From the NCBI RefSeq assembly GCF_021028975.2, contig NC_059439.1, forward strand, positions 36,902,901 through 36,954,000: 51,100 bases of DNA. The letters run 5' to 3'. Shown here piece after piece: positions 23,401 through 34,885 of the stretch (its first letter is position 1; the number at the start of each line of letters is the position of its first letter). This stretch comes from Sphaerodactylus townsendi. Its lineage: Eukaryota. The notes under the pieces were generated by a model. It worked only from the letters and a program-made list of their open reading frames with translations. It searched no databases and had not been told where the DNA came from. The position numbers and the translations under genes were made by a program.

Positions 23401-24929
23401 ACAACCCCCAGAGAATCGCAGCGTGAGACTTTGAAGCGTTGTAGCAATGGAAAAAAAACACAAAATGGCAGCCAAGAATCGTTTCGAGGGGGGGAGTGCA
23501 AAGAAATGGGGTGGGGTTTGAAAATGTTTGCAAAACGTTTCAGGGGCTTGTGTGAAAAGGGCCAAGGAGAGGTTGACCACCATCCTAGTTGGCCATTTCT
23601 CCATTTCTGGATTACATAGAGGCAATGGTGGGATCCAAAAAATTTAGTAACAGGTTCCCATGGTGGTGGGATTCAAGCAGTGGCGTAATGCCAATGGGGT
23701 TGGGTGGGCCACGACGGGTCGTGGCCGGGCATTCTGGGGGCAGGGCATTAATAATTTCTGTAAAAAACTCTTACCGTAAAAAAAAAGTTCCTAATTTCCA
23801 GCTGGTATCTTTCTGTCCATAATTTAAACTCATTCTAGCAAGTCCTATCGTCTACTGCCAACAGAAACAACGACTTCTCCTCTAATTGACTGCCTGTCAA
23901 ATACTTAATACTTTCAAATACTTAATTTTGTTTCTAGAAATCAAAAGAAGGATACTTTCCTTAAACAAGGAACTTTACCATCTTTCTGAAACATGTTTTC
24001 AAAACAGCCCAACAGGGAGAATTATGCCGTTTTCTACCTTCGCTAACCAGCCACATAGGAAACAATAGGACTTTATGATTTTTGGACCTAATGGCATTTC
24101 TAACGGAAAAGCAGACCCAGTTAGTAACCCCCTCTCGGCACACACAAATAATTAGCAACCCACTCTCGGGAACTGGTGAGAACCTGCTGGATCCCACCTC
24201 TGCATAGAGGCCCCTGATTGTACTGATCGTGGCCGAGGGTGCGTGGGGCCGTGGGGGGTGGGGAAGGTATTCATTGTTTTCAACTCAGAATTGAAAGAAT
24301 TGTCTTGTTACCTGCGTCAGGTACCAGCCAGGAAGCAGCTGAGACTGAAGCTGGAAGAGAAGGGAACAGAAGAGAGCGCTTATGAAAACACAGAGTGAGT
24401 AATCTGATTGTTTGATTGGTCCGGGCTGAAAAGTTGCATTGTCCCGTGGGCACAATTATGATCCATTCTGTGTATGATCCTAAAATCCACCCAGAGGAGA
24501 GCCTTGGCTACTGCAAGATGTAATGTGCTGCCATCAGCTCTGCTGGAGGGAAGATTTAAGAACATGGAACGTTCTAATAAAAGAGTTTGCTCATGTGATA
24601 GGACTACGGTTGAAACACTTGACCATTCTCTGTTTCTATGCCCTAAATACAATAAGATACGCATGAAATACATGAATTCCATTTTCTTGCAATGTTCTCA
24701 GTGGCAAGAGTGTTATAAGAGACCCAATCTCCTGAACAGCTCTGATGTGCTCTTTTGTGAAACTGTTGCCAATTTTATATTGGAAATTAGTAGTTTTAAC
24801 TGCATTTCTTAACCTTGTTTTGTTTTAAAATTTTGTCCTGTTTTATATGCCAATAAAGGCTTGTGTTGTTGTATGATCCTAAAATAAAATTACTTGCAAA
24901 CAACTACTGTCCCTGCTCCCTGGTTGTGT

Positions 24930-24966
<37 letters not shown>

Positions 24967-26803
24967 TTTCATCACTACTGTTAAATATTATGGGTATATA
25001 CTTAAATGCTTTTAATGCCTTGTTTAAGGAGCAGTAGTGGTGTAGGAGGTTAAGAGCTCGTGTATCTAATCTGGAGGAACCGGGTTTGATTCCCAGCTCT
25101 GCCGCCTGAGCTGTGGAGGCTTCTCTGGGGAATTCAGATTAGCCAAGGCACTCCCACACACGCCAGCTGGGTGACCTTGGGCTAGTCACAGCTTCTCGGA
25201 GCTCTCTCAGTCCCACCTACCTCACAGGGTGTTTGTTGTGAGGGGGGAAGGGCAAGGAGATTGTAAGCCCCTTTGAGTCTCCTGCAGGAGAGAAAGGGGG
25301 GATATAAATCCAAACTCTTCTTCTTCTTGCTGTTGTTAGCTGCCTCGTAAGTCACCATAGTACACCACTGATCAGGTGTAACAGTCCACCTACAAGTCAG
25401 TTCAATATTCTCTTTCTCACATTAAGGCATAAAAGGGGGTGATTTCCAGATTTTAGCCCATTCATTTCTAGGTTCCTTTCCCCCAGATCCGTTTCCCAAG
25501 CTTTTGTCTTTCTCACTTCTCTTTTCCACTGGAATAAATTTTATGACAACAGCAGCCTTTAAAATGTGTAGCTCTGTATTGAACCAATTAATTAAAAGGA
25601 GTCGAGCCTCCATCTAGTTGATTTTTAAGACATGGGGATTAACAGAAATGAGCCACCAAAGCAGAATTCAGTTCACAGAAGACTGAAATGCTGCGAGAAA
25701 CTGCAAAGCCCATTTGACCTCAGAGCGCAGAAGAACGTTTAAAAAGATGATTAAATGTACCCGCACCACAGACAAGGAGAACAGCATAACACTGTTCTCA
25801 AACCTCTAAACAGCCTCTGCTGTTTGTTAACAATCACAGAGCATGTGCAAAGTGCAAAGTTTTGCAATTAGAACTGTTTCAGTTGTAGGAAACAATGCAG
25901 CATCCCGCTAAAAGAAGAATTTGTTATCTAGGGGGAGAGGGTCTCCACTCCCATTTTCAGCCCACAAGTCTTGCTCAGCCCCATACCTGCAACCTTCCCA
26001 GTCCCCTTCTTCTATAATATGGGGTAATAATACTGGTCTACCCTGAAGGGCTGTGGTGAGAATTAAAATGTGACAGTGTGCAGGAATAGTTTTGAACGCA
26101 GACATGGCTAAGCGAAGTGGGTTGAACGCAACCACCTTTTCCAGTAGTGGGAAAAGAGAAGGGGTCTCCACTGACCAGCCAAAAGAGGCTTAGAAGCAGC
26201 AGTGGCGTAGGAGGTTAAGAGCTCGTGTATCTAATCTGGAGGAACCGGGTTTGATTCCCAGCTCTGCCGCCTGAGCTGTGGAGGCTGATCTGGGGAATTC
26301 AGATTAGCCTGTGCACTCCCACACACGCCAGCTGGGTGACCTTGGGCTAGTCACAGCTTCTCGGAGCTCTCTCAGCCCCACCTACCTCACAGGGTGTTTG
26401 TGGTGAGGGGGGAAGGGCAAGGAGATTGTCAGCCCCTTTGAGTCTCCTGCAGGAGAGAAAGGGGGGATATANNNNNNNNNNNNNNNNNNNNNNNNNNNNN
26501 NNNNNNNNNNNNNNNNNNNNNNNNNNNNNNNNNNNNNNNNNNNNNNNNNNNNNNNNNNNNNNNNNNNNNNNNNNNNNNNNNNNNNNNNNNNNNNNNNNNN
26601 NNNNNNNNNNNNNNNNNNNGGGAATTGGGCTTGGTTGTGTTAAAAAGCTAGCGGGATCCAGCCCAATGTCATGATTATATATATAAATAGGGGGCAAACA
26701 GGGAAGGAAAGGGTGCCAAGGGAAGAGCCAGGAAAAGGAGAGGGGTGAAAGGGAGAGGAACATCCTTACCCCATAGCAGAAAGAGACGACCCAAGCGCTC
26801 CAT
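11485..26803 (-). CDS. Uncharacterised type I Ig-superfamily receptor (LRC/A1BG/Fc-receptor-like), ~716 aa. Exons: 26803-26770 (S1), 24350-24312 (S2), 21681-21361 (Ig1), 20642-20319 (Ig2), 18987-18694 (Ig3), 17623-17324 (Ig4), 16211-15804 (S/T/P stalk), 14148-14059 (TM), 13919-13898, 13375-13328, 12494-12466, 12138-11990, 11577-11485 (cytoplasmic)
   Basis: All 13 exons have AG/GT boundaries and sum to 2151 nt (716 codons plus stop) with no internal stop. Signal peptide MERLGRLFLLWASVSAASWLVPDA; four phase-1 Ig exons with paired Cys (e.g. GEKVTLTC...AGKYSCTY); hydrophobic LLPLVVGCSGAAVLFLAFVVWLF followed by RKKRK. Ectodomain and TM exons are well supported; cytoplasmic exons less so. Confidence 0.8.
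11589..11718. mobile_element. Tc1/mariner (Tc2/pogo-like) MITE, partial, running into an N gap
   Basis: Homologous to the right half of the complete copy at 47833-48065. Confidence 0.7.
12692..12965 (+). mobile_element. tRNA-derived SINE (Squam3-like)
   Basis: A/B-box head and SINE body. Confidence 0.75.
13033..13278. mobile_element. Short inverted Penelope-like element fragment with degenerate hammerhead motifs
   Basis: Inverted arms related to the 14579-15635 element (ctgaagatgccagccacagatgcaggggaaacgttagg on the minus strand). Confidence 0.65.
13565..13788 (+). mobile_element. tRNA-derived SINE (Squam3-like), 5'-truncated
   Basis: Body plus (CTT)n tail. Confidence 0.8.
14630..14672 (-). 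ncRNA. Minimal type I hammerhead ribozyme motif (Penelope-associated), sense to the Ig receptor pre-mRNA
   Basis: tcct-CTGAAGA-tgcc...ggc-GAAA-cgTC-agga: complete catalytic core, stem I tcct/agga, stem II gcc/ggc, GUC cleavage triplet. Confidence 0.65.
14835..15161. mobile_element. hAT MITE nested in the Penelope arm
   Basis: TIRs cagccattctcaacc / ggttgggaagcactg; perfect 8-bp TSD gaatagaa. Confidence 0.8.
15510..15552 (+). ncRNA. Minimal type I hammerhead ribozyme motif (second arm)
   Basis: tcctCTGAAGAtgccagccacagatgcaggcGAAAcgTCagga; predicted cleavage after 15548. Confidence 0.65.
16260..16565 (-). mobile_element. tRNA-derived SINE (Squam3-like) with (CCT)n tail
   Basis: Same consensus. 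Confidence 0.85.
16627..16812. mobile_element. hAT-Charlie MITE (SPIN/URR1-like)
   Basis: TIRs cagtggttctcaac / gttgagaaccgctg; internal ...taatacagttcctcatgttgtggtgacccccaac...; TSD ctctaaat/ctctagat. Confidence 0.8.
17706..18075 (-). mobile_element. CR1 LINE 3' end
   Basis: Translation SLGKRRLRG...FRYLKG...RTRSHGFK...FLTVRAVRQW..LPRRVVESPSLEVFKQRLD; (ATTCTRTG)n tail. Confidence 0.9.
18215..18645 (+). mobile_element. L2 LINE 3' end
   Basis: Reads AFTALAPAWWNTLPPAVRALRDLGEFRRACKTELFHRAF; 3' stem-loop gccctgagcccttcggggatagggc and (TAAA)n tail. Confidence 0.8.
19749..20104. mobile_element. hAT MITE, cagtggtgggatcc family, copy 1
   Basis: TIRs cagtggtgggatcc / ggatcccacctctg; TSD atatcaca/ataacaca. 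Confidence 0.8.
20767..21195 (-). mobile_element. AT-rich retroposed insertion (probable L1/Tx1-type 3' end)
   Basis: 16-bp TSD agttctccgtaaatgt at 20751-20766 and 21196-21211; AATAAA and poly(A) on the minus strand; absent from the paralogous duplicated intron at ~22095-22110. Confidence 0.7.
21705..21992 (+). mobile_element. tRNA-derived SINE (Squam3-like) with (CTA)n tail
   Basis: Same consensus; lies ~25 nt from the Ig1 acceptor and is absent from the Ig2 paralogous intron. Confidence 0.85.
22386..22782. mobile_element. hAT MITE, cagtggtgggatcc family, copy 2
   Basis: TIRs; perfect TSD aaccacag. Confidence 0.85.
23185..23376. mobile_element. hAT MITE, cagtggtgggatcc family, short copy 3
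   Basis: TIRs cagaggtgggatcc / ggatcccaccactg; imperfect TSD. Confidence 0.75.
23623..24202. mobile_element. hAT MITE, cagtggtgggatcc family, long copy 4
   Basis: TIRs; perfect TSD catagagg. Confidence 0.85.
24487..24869 (+). mobile_element. 5'-truncated RTEX-like LINE 3' end
   Basis: QRRALATARCNVLPSALLEGRF...RVCSC...ETLDHSLFLCPKY; atgccaataaagg end; 16-bp TSD tgtatgatcctaaaat at 24471-24486 and 24870-24885. Confidence 0.8.
24934..24962. repeat. (GT)n microsatellite
   Basis: Seen directly. Confidence 0.9.
25028..25328 (+). mobile_element. tRNA-derived SINE (Squam3-like), full length
   Basis: Same consensus. Confidence 0.85.
26195..26471 (+). mobile_element. tRNA-derived SINE (Squam3-like), tail in an N gap
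   Basis: Same consensus. Confidence 0.85.
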
Positions 26804-27116
26804 GCTACACAGGCTGCTTCTAGCTGAAGTGGCGCCGGCAGAACAGTGATGATGTGCGGCTCAGTCTCTGACCACACAGGGAGGAAACGGACGCCGGGTG
26901 GTGTTGTCAAGAGCCATAGAGCAGCTGTGGGGACCGAGGAGACGAGAGAGTCCTCAGGCCTCCACAAGTCGCAAGCGTGCCTTGCAGCTCTGTACTACCC
27001 TGCGGACCCGAGGCTGACCGTTCTTTACCTGCAAGTGCAGAAACAGAAGGAGATGTTGGGGCAGAGGCAGCGTAAGAATGGGAATTTACTCCATTGAAGG
27101 AAAATTGAACTGTGTA

Positions 27117-27275
27117 GAAGAATAAGAGTTTGGATTTATATCCCCCCCTTTCTCTCCTGTAGGAGACTCAAAGGGGCTGACAATCTCATTTCCCTTTCCA
27201 CCCTCACAACAAACACCCTGCGAGGTAGGTGCGGCTGAGAGAGCTCCCAAGAACTGTGACTAGCCCAAGGTCACA
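27117..27275 (-). mobile_element. Squam3-like SINE, 3' half
   Basis: Tail and body match. Confidence 0.75.
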
Positions 27276-27692
27276 GCAGAACTAGAGGAACTCTCTGCCA
27301 CTGCGTGAATTCTGATTTGGTTGACACAAAGTACTCACAGCCAATATTTTTTTGGGGAAAAAAAGTCTTTAATTTATTGAGAGGTAAACATTCCTCAACG
27401 GTTAAAACAGCATTTGTAAACAGAACATATAGCCAGCTGATATAAAATCAATACTGTCTAAGGTCACAACTGACTATAAATTAATAGCCTAAAAAATGGT
27501 TAGCTATGGTAGCGTTGGCTTTATCCCTTAAGAAACAACCGAAAGCAGGCTAATGTATCTGAAGTTTGTGTTTGTTACCTTACAAACTAAACTCAACTAG
27601 CTCTTTTTTGTATGTAGTTACAGCTCATCGGTTTCAGATTTAAAGTTCAAGCAGAACAGTAAACAATTACTACTGACTTAACGGCACACACC

Positions 27693-28287
27693 CAGAGGTG
27701 GGATCCAGCAGGTTCTCACCAGTTCCCGAGAGTGGGTTACTAATTATTTGCGTGTGCCGAGAGGGGGTAACTAATTGGGTCTGCTTTTCCATTAGAAATC
27801 CCATTAGGTCCAAAAATCATAAAGTCCTGTTGTTTCCTATGTGGCTGGTTAGCGAAGATAGAAAACGGGACAATTCTCCCTGTTGGGCTGTTTTAAAAAC
27901 ATGTTTTAGAAATATGGTGAAGTTCCTTGTTTAAGGAAAGTATCCTTCTTTTGATTTCTAGAAACAAAATGAAGTATTTGAAAGTATTAAGTATTTGACA
28001 GGCAGTCAATTAGAGGAGAGGTAGTTGTTTCTGTTGGCAGCAGACGATAGGACTTGCTAGAATGAGTTTAAATGATGGACAGAAAGATACCAGCTGGAAA
28101 TTAGGAACTTTTTTTTACAGTAACAGAGAAATTATTTTTTACAGTAACAGAGAAATAATTAATGCCCCGCCCCCGGAATGCCCGGCCACGCCCCATCATG
28201 CCCCGCCCAGCCCCATTGGCGCTACGCCACTGCTTGAATCCCACCACCATCGGAACCTGTTACTAAAAATTTTGGATCCCACCACTG
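27693..28287. mobile_element. hAT MITE, cagtggtgggatcc family, long copy 5 (inverted relative to copy 4)
   Basis: TIRs; perfect TSD cacacacc; the ORF track shows near-identical spurious ORFs 23961-24197(-) and 27698-27934(+). Confidence 0.85.
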
Positions 28288-28776
28288 CACACACCTATAC
28301 GGAGAGAGCTTTTTTCAGCCCCCTCAGTGTGAGGCCTTCGCTTAACTGCCTAACTGCCGCCGATAGAATTGTTGCTCTCTCAAAATGTCTCCCAACACGC
28401 CATCATCAGGCGCAACCGACTTCAACGGGGTGTTGGAATGGATCAACGGCTGCAGCTGAGTCGTATCGGCCTCCAGCTAACGAACTTATTCAGCCGCTGC
28501 CTGGGAAGGCTGAAGAAAACCAAAAAACCAACGTTCTAATACGAGAACCAAACTTTTTCAAACACGTCTGCTGTTAGGCGAAGTCAGGCCTTTTTCCTCA
28601 GTCGCCCAGCCGGCATGTGTTGGAGTGCACGAGCTAATCCGGTTCACCAGAGAAGCCTCCACAGCTCAAGTGGCAGAGCGGGGAATCAAAACCGTATCTA
28701 AAACATCTGCCTGGTAGCAGCACATAAACGATTAAGCTGGCTAGCTTCTGGCAACACCACCACCCCCCCCATTTTA

Positions 28777-29075
28777 GAAGAAGAAGAGTTTGGATTTATA
28801 TCCCCCTTTCTCTCCTGCAGGAGACTCAAAGGGGCTGACAATCTCCTCGCCCTTCCCCCCCTCACAACAAACACCCTGTGAGGTAGGTGGGACTGAGAGA
28901 GCTCTGAGAAGCTGTGACTAGCCCAAGGTCACCCAGCTGGCGTGTGTGGGAGTGCCCAGGCTAATCTGAATTCCCCAGATAAGCCTCCACAGCTCAGGCG
29001 GCAGAGCAGGGAATCAAACCCGGTTCCTCCAGATTAGATACACGAGCTCTTAACCTCCTACGGCCACTGCTGCTC
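28777..29075 (-). mobile_element. tRNA-derived SINE (Squam3-like)
   Basis: Same consensus. Confidence 0.85.
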
Positions 29076-30280
29076 CTAAAACATTGAAGTAGCAACCCAC
29101 AGTTTTGCCTGGACTGTAACCATTCCTGTCTCTACATGTGCTGCTGTATTTGAGATGCTGTTTGGTAGCTGTAACATTGTCCTCAGGAATTCAGATTGTA
29201 TTTGCTCCAGACCACGGAAATTACCAGGGATGCCCCATATAGCTGGGCAAGGGACTTGGCTTTATATAACTTAGTAGCAGCTGGAATATAACGTCTGTCT
29301 TCATGCCAGGTGGAGCTCGAAGGGCCCAAAGTCATCTAGATAGTTTCCATAGTGAAAGTTGAAATTTGCACCCAGGTTATGTGAGAAACCATGTGAGAAA
29401 CCATGTTCTTAACAATGCTATTTAACAATGTATCGCCACGATTAACAATGATGAGAATATTGAAACGTCATGAATTGACAGGATTTGGCTTTGTAACATT
29501 TATGATGCATCAGCTGTTTTTATCCTATAAGGACTGTGACATTTTGAATAATCAGTGTGACTCCTCTGATTCTAAACAGACCCTCTGTTGGTTTGGAATA
29601 AAAATTATTTCTTTAATTATTCCTTGTCGGCTCAAGCTTATTAGCTAACTCTTATTAAACACGTTACCTCGTGGTAACAGTTACCCAGGGGCCTAGTCCA
29701 TGACGACACACTGGTTTCAGGCAACATAACTTGTGAAATCTGCCCAGGCGTAGCCCATATAATTCAAAGATTCATTAGGACCAAAGCCTTGTTTTAAAAG
29801 TGAAAGGGTTACTCTACTCCGTTTCCTTCTTCTGTGAGATATACACAGAGCCAGCTGACATTCAATTCAGACATCCACAGCTTTTAGGAAGGTCCCCTTG
29901 TATGGTTCGATCCCCAGAGATCTGACTTTGTAAAGCTAAACAGAGGCAATGGACAACTTTTTGAAAACAATCTCTCTTTCCTATGTACACGTCTGGCCAG
30001 ACCGCAATATGCTTCCGTGTCACTTCGTACAGGATGAGGTCTCTTCTCTGTCTGGTTTGAGGTCTCCGTGTACTCCTCGAAATTTATTTTTAAAGCTGCT
30101 CTTGTGGGTTTTGTGTCATGCGAAAGGCAGGAGATGGCAGTGAAGCGAGTGGCTGGATCTGAAGGGAAGCAAAGGTGGAATAGAAAGGGGTGGGATGGCT
30201 AAAAAACCTGACCCCAAAGACTCTTCTCTGGGCACCAAGGCAAGGGCATCATATCCGTAGCCAACTGAGAACTGGTTTAT

Positions 30281-30421
30281 GGCTCATTCCGCACATGCAG
30301 AATAATGCACTTTCAAACTGCTTTCAGTGCTCTTTGAAGCTGTGCGGAATGGCAAAATCCACTTGCAAACAGTTGTGAAAGTGGTTTGAAAACGCATTAT
30401 TTTGCGTGTGCGGAAGGGGCC
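30281..30421. mobile_element. Palindromic MITE (PIF/Harbinger-like), opposite orientation
   Basis: Reverse complement of 10644-10784. Confidence 0.72.
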
Positions 30422-33221
30422 CTTGTTGACTTTCAGATCTGGTTTCTCTGTATATTCATCTCTTTTTGTTTGCACAGACAAAAGTGTTTCGTTCACACAG
30501 ACAACACCATTCAATGGTGTTGAAATGGCTTCGCCACACAGTTTTAGATAGGGTGTTAGAGCTTTTAAAATATGTATCTTTAGAAGAGGCAGTAAGTTCT
30601 TTTAAGATGGAACTGTAACATTCTGTTGGGTGGTTGGTTGTCCCCAAGGATGGGTTGCCCCCATCAGTTACCCCCATGGGGGCCAGCGATGATTAAGAGT
30701 CAAGTCTCATGAGAACCCCACACTCCATAAAACTCCCTTTGGAATCCAAAGAGGCTTGGGTGATTGGGTAAACATTGGAGGAAAAGGGATCACTCAAATC
30801 CACCTTGGAAGATCGCCTTCTTGTGTCTCTTCGTACTGTTTTAGGGGTCCCCAGTTCTCCAAGCAGTGGAAAGGTTCAGGAAGGGGCTGGGGAAATTTCT
30901 TCTATGCAGAGATTTTTCTGAACTATTAGGCCATNNNNNNNNNNNNNNNNNNNNNNNNNNNNNNNNNNNNNNNNNNNNNNNNNNNNNNNNNNNNNNNNNN
31001 NNNNNNNNNNNNNNNNNNNNNNNNNNNNNNNNNNNNNNNNNNNNNNNNNNNNNNNNNNNNNNNNNNNNNNTGGGAGGGTATACAGGTATATCTATATGAG
31101 AACGAGAGAATAATAGGACTTTGCAGTTTGTGGAAAGAGTGAGAAAGAGACACACATTACCATAGTAACAAGGTTGGCTATTGGAATTGCCATAAATTGT
31201 GGCCATGTACATAGTTGGGCTCTTCTTCACTTTGAGCGTACATCCCCTTCACGTTTGATACCTGGTTATGCACATGTTTTCCACTCTGGAACTCAACACA
31301 CCCTTCTCCATGACAAATGTGGGCCTATTTCAAGGGATGAGAAGCCCTACACAATATGCGTGCGACACTCAGGATCTGGGTTTGTTGTTGTTGTTGTTGC
31401 TCCGGGCAGGAAGACAGTCTGCAGATGGAGAACTGAGATCTGCCTGTGGTCATGGGCAGATCTCTCCTAGCTCGGGGTTTAGATTTACAGGGATGCCACA
31501 ACTTTGCAGGGGTGGGGGATTCATTAGATGTTCTGGAGTTAAATGGATCCAAATGGTTTGCTAATGGCCTTCGAGGATTTTAACAAGATATGACTGGCTC
31601 TCCTGTGAATACCTTGGTTGACTCCTGGAATGAGGAAGGAAGGCTTTGGTGAGGCTGAGAACAAAGCCACAATGAGCAAGCACAAAATATACAAAGCCAG
31701 GCGCATGCAAGTTCTGTTCTGTTCCAGACTTTCTGACTGATAGATCATAACATGCATGAAATTTCATGCATTCCTCCCTTGTGATTCTTGCTTTATAGTT
31801 TTCTCTTTTCTGCTTTTCATTTCTCCAAGTCTAAACATCAAACGTAGAAACATCCTTCTATGGACTAGAATATTTTTTAAATGATTGGAGGCAGGAAAAT
31901 GGCTTCCTTTTTGGAACCTACGGCAACCTCTTCGCAGTAAGGCCTTGACGATACGAAGGAAGCAAGAGGAAAGGAATGCCGTACCGCCCAAGCGTTCAGA
32001 AAAATAAATAATAAAAAGATCTGCGTCCCACTCTGTTCCTGGTCCTCCGTCCATTACTCTTTCATCCATGTCCACCCATGTTTTAAAACCTTGACCTCCG
32101 AAAGAAGCAGAAAAGGCCTAGTCTGGGAAGAGAAGAACAGTACACGGGTGACCTAAGGAAATGTATGCACGTTTATATGTGCCAAAAGTGGAACTGCAGG
32201 TTGTTACCACAATGAGTGAGAGCATACGTCGAAGGCCTGCAAAGTTAAAAGCAGAAGAAGCCGCAGTTGCCGTGACAGAGCAACTTAGGAGGTTTTGCAG
32301 AGTTCAAGAGCAGCCCGTGGCTATAAAAAGCTGTGCAAAAAACCCACGTGACGCTCACAGAACATACACGTTAGAGGAGGAAGTCTGAAAGAGAGAATGA
32401 ACTATTAGCATGCTAGTGCAATCCTATGTGGAGTTCCTGGCCTGAATGGCCCAGGGTAGCCTGATCTTGTCTAATCTCAAAACAGGATCAGCCCTGGTTC
32501 ATACTAGAATCGGAGCGCACCAAGGAAGTCCAGGGTTGCTAGGCAGAGACAGGAAATGGCAAACCACCTCTGTTAACCTCTGGCTTTGAAAACCATACAG
32601 AGTTAAGCACGAAGCTTTTCATGAACTAACTTCACCAGCTTCATGCTTCTGGTCGTAGAAAGTGCTGTCAAGCTACTGCTGACTTACGGAGAAAGAGATT
32701 CAGGGGTGGTTTGCCACTGCCCTGCTTAGAGACCCTGGACTCTCTGTCTCCCTCCCTGACGTAACTCAGTTTAGAGCCCTCCTGATCAGGTTTGTGAGCC
32801 TCCTAGCAAAAATATTCCTACTTACAGCCGTGAGGTGCAACTCATCCCCTTGCCAGCCGTCCATCTTCATGAAAACCGCAGACCGTGCTCCAAGGAGCCC
32901 AAATGTTCCTGGGGGCACCAAATGCGAGGAGACCCCGCTGTGGAGTGAGGAACTTTGAGGAAAGCACTCCGTGCACAATGGGCCTGAGTGACCTGGGGCA
33001 TGTCCCAAACTCTCAGACTGGCCTACCTCACAGGGTGGTCGTTGCGAGAAAAATGGAGGCAGAGGGGACAATGTTCTAAGCCTCCTNNNNNNNNNNNNNN
33101 NNNNNNNNNNNNNNNNNNNNNNNNNNNNNNNNNNNNNNNNNNNNNNNNNNNNNNNNNNNNNNNNNNNNNNNNNNNNNNNNNNNNNNNNNNNNNNNNNNNN
33201 NNNNNNNNNNNNNNNNNNNNN

Positions 33222-33490
33222 CCCCTTTCTCTCCTGCAGGAGACTCAAAGGGGCTGACAATCTCCTTGCCCTTCCCCCCCTCACAACAAACACCCTGTGA
33301 GGTGGGTGGGGCTGAGAGAGCTCCGAGAAGCTGTGACTAGCCCAAGGTCACCCAGCTGGTGTGTGTGGGAGTGCACAGGCTAATCTGATTCCCCAGATAA
33401 ACCTCCACAGCTCAGGCGGCAGAGCTGGGAATCAAACCCGGTTCCTCCAGATTAGATACACGAGCTCTTAACCTCCTACGCCACTGCTGC
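33222..33490 (-). mobile_element. tRNA-derived SINE (Squam3-like)
   Basis: Same consensus; tail lies in the N gap. Confidence 0.85.
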
Positions 33491-34189
33491 CACTGGGAAT
33501 ATCATTAACCTCCTACGCCACTGGGAATATCATTAAATGCAAAAAAATGCATTATAATTATGTTCAACCCCAAGTGATAGAAGGTAGCTTGCAGTGATGT
33601 TTGTTAGGAAATGGCATCAGTTCACCCTGAGGTAGCGGAGCGCTGCCCCATGTTCCTAAGATACACTCCCTGTTCCCTGCCCCTGGGAAAAGGGCTGCTG
33701 CAGGCTGGGGTGGGGGGTGAGATACAGGCAGGTGGGAGGCAGGTGGATGTGGGGAAGGGAAAGGGGGGTTTATTATTGGCTACACAGTTCAATTTGCCTT
33801 AGAGACGATGCCCACTCTTACTGCTGCCTCTGCGCCAGCATCTCCTTCTGTTTCTGCACTTACAGCTAAAGAATGGACAGGCTAAGGTCTGCAGGGCAGC
33901 ATAGAGCTGCAAGGCACGCTGGGGACTTGTGTAGGCCTGGAAGCTGTCCAATGTACTCGACCCCCATGGTTCTTCTTTGGCCACGCTGCCCCACCCACAG
34001 TATGAAGAAGCAAACTATAGCTGCCCGGGGCGGACCTGTGAGAGAACTGCCGGAGCCTGCAAAACTCTACCTGTGCTACTGACACCCAGGCAGCCGCCTC
34101 TGGGCCAGTGAAACTGTTCAGTGAAAAAAAGGAGACTGAGACGGTCCCATTACTTTCCCTATTTCTCGTTCATATCTTTCCGGGCAGTT

Positions 34190-34364
34190 CTGATTGGACG
34201 GTGCCGGAGAGAACGACCAATGAGAACGAAGCGCGGTTCCAACCAATCAGAAGTCGACTTCGCTTTCCATCCGCTTATTTGCATACAGCCTCCTCGCGCT
34301 CTTTCCGCCGGCCAATAGCGGCTCGAGGATTTGAGTCTTGGCGGGCGGCGGGCTCCTATAAATA
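34190..34364 (+). promoter_or_regulatory. H2B promoter: multiple CCAAT boxes, octamer ATTTGCAT (34277-34284), TATAAATA (34357-34364)
   Basis: Canonical vertebrate H2B promoter elements in the expected order. Confidence 0.85.
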
Positions 34365-34417
34365 CCGGCGCTGGCCGAGGCGCTGCTCCACACTGTTGCT
34401 TTGGTTCTCGTGCGTGA

Positions 34418-34819
<402 letters not shown>

Positions 34820-34869
34820 GCAGCCTCTGACACCGGCAGATCCCCAACAACCGCAGATCTCAACCCAAA

Positions 34870-34885
34870 GGCTCTTTTCAGAGCC
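34870..34885 (+). terminator. Histone 3' stem-loop (HDE ~34901-34911)
   Basis: aaaGGCTCTTTTCAGAGCCaccca, then aaagacctg. Confidence 0.95.

Noticed and set aside
25422-25613. MEARLLLINWFNT... as a candidate first exon of the receptor
   Set aside because: No suitable phase-1 donor. Exon 26803-26770 has a strong G|gtaagg donor, a better signal peptide and the expected 34-nt length.
29100-32760. Short ORFs in unique-looking sequence (e.g. 30456-30677, 31764-32075, 32161-32388)
   Set aside because: No recognisable domain or consistent splice chain; a non-coding RNA or decayed TE cannot be excluded without a search.
33468-33536. Short direct repeat at a SINE head (similar ones at 29381-29406 and 45588-45622)
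   Set aside because: Simple local slippage duplications with no sign of function.
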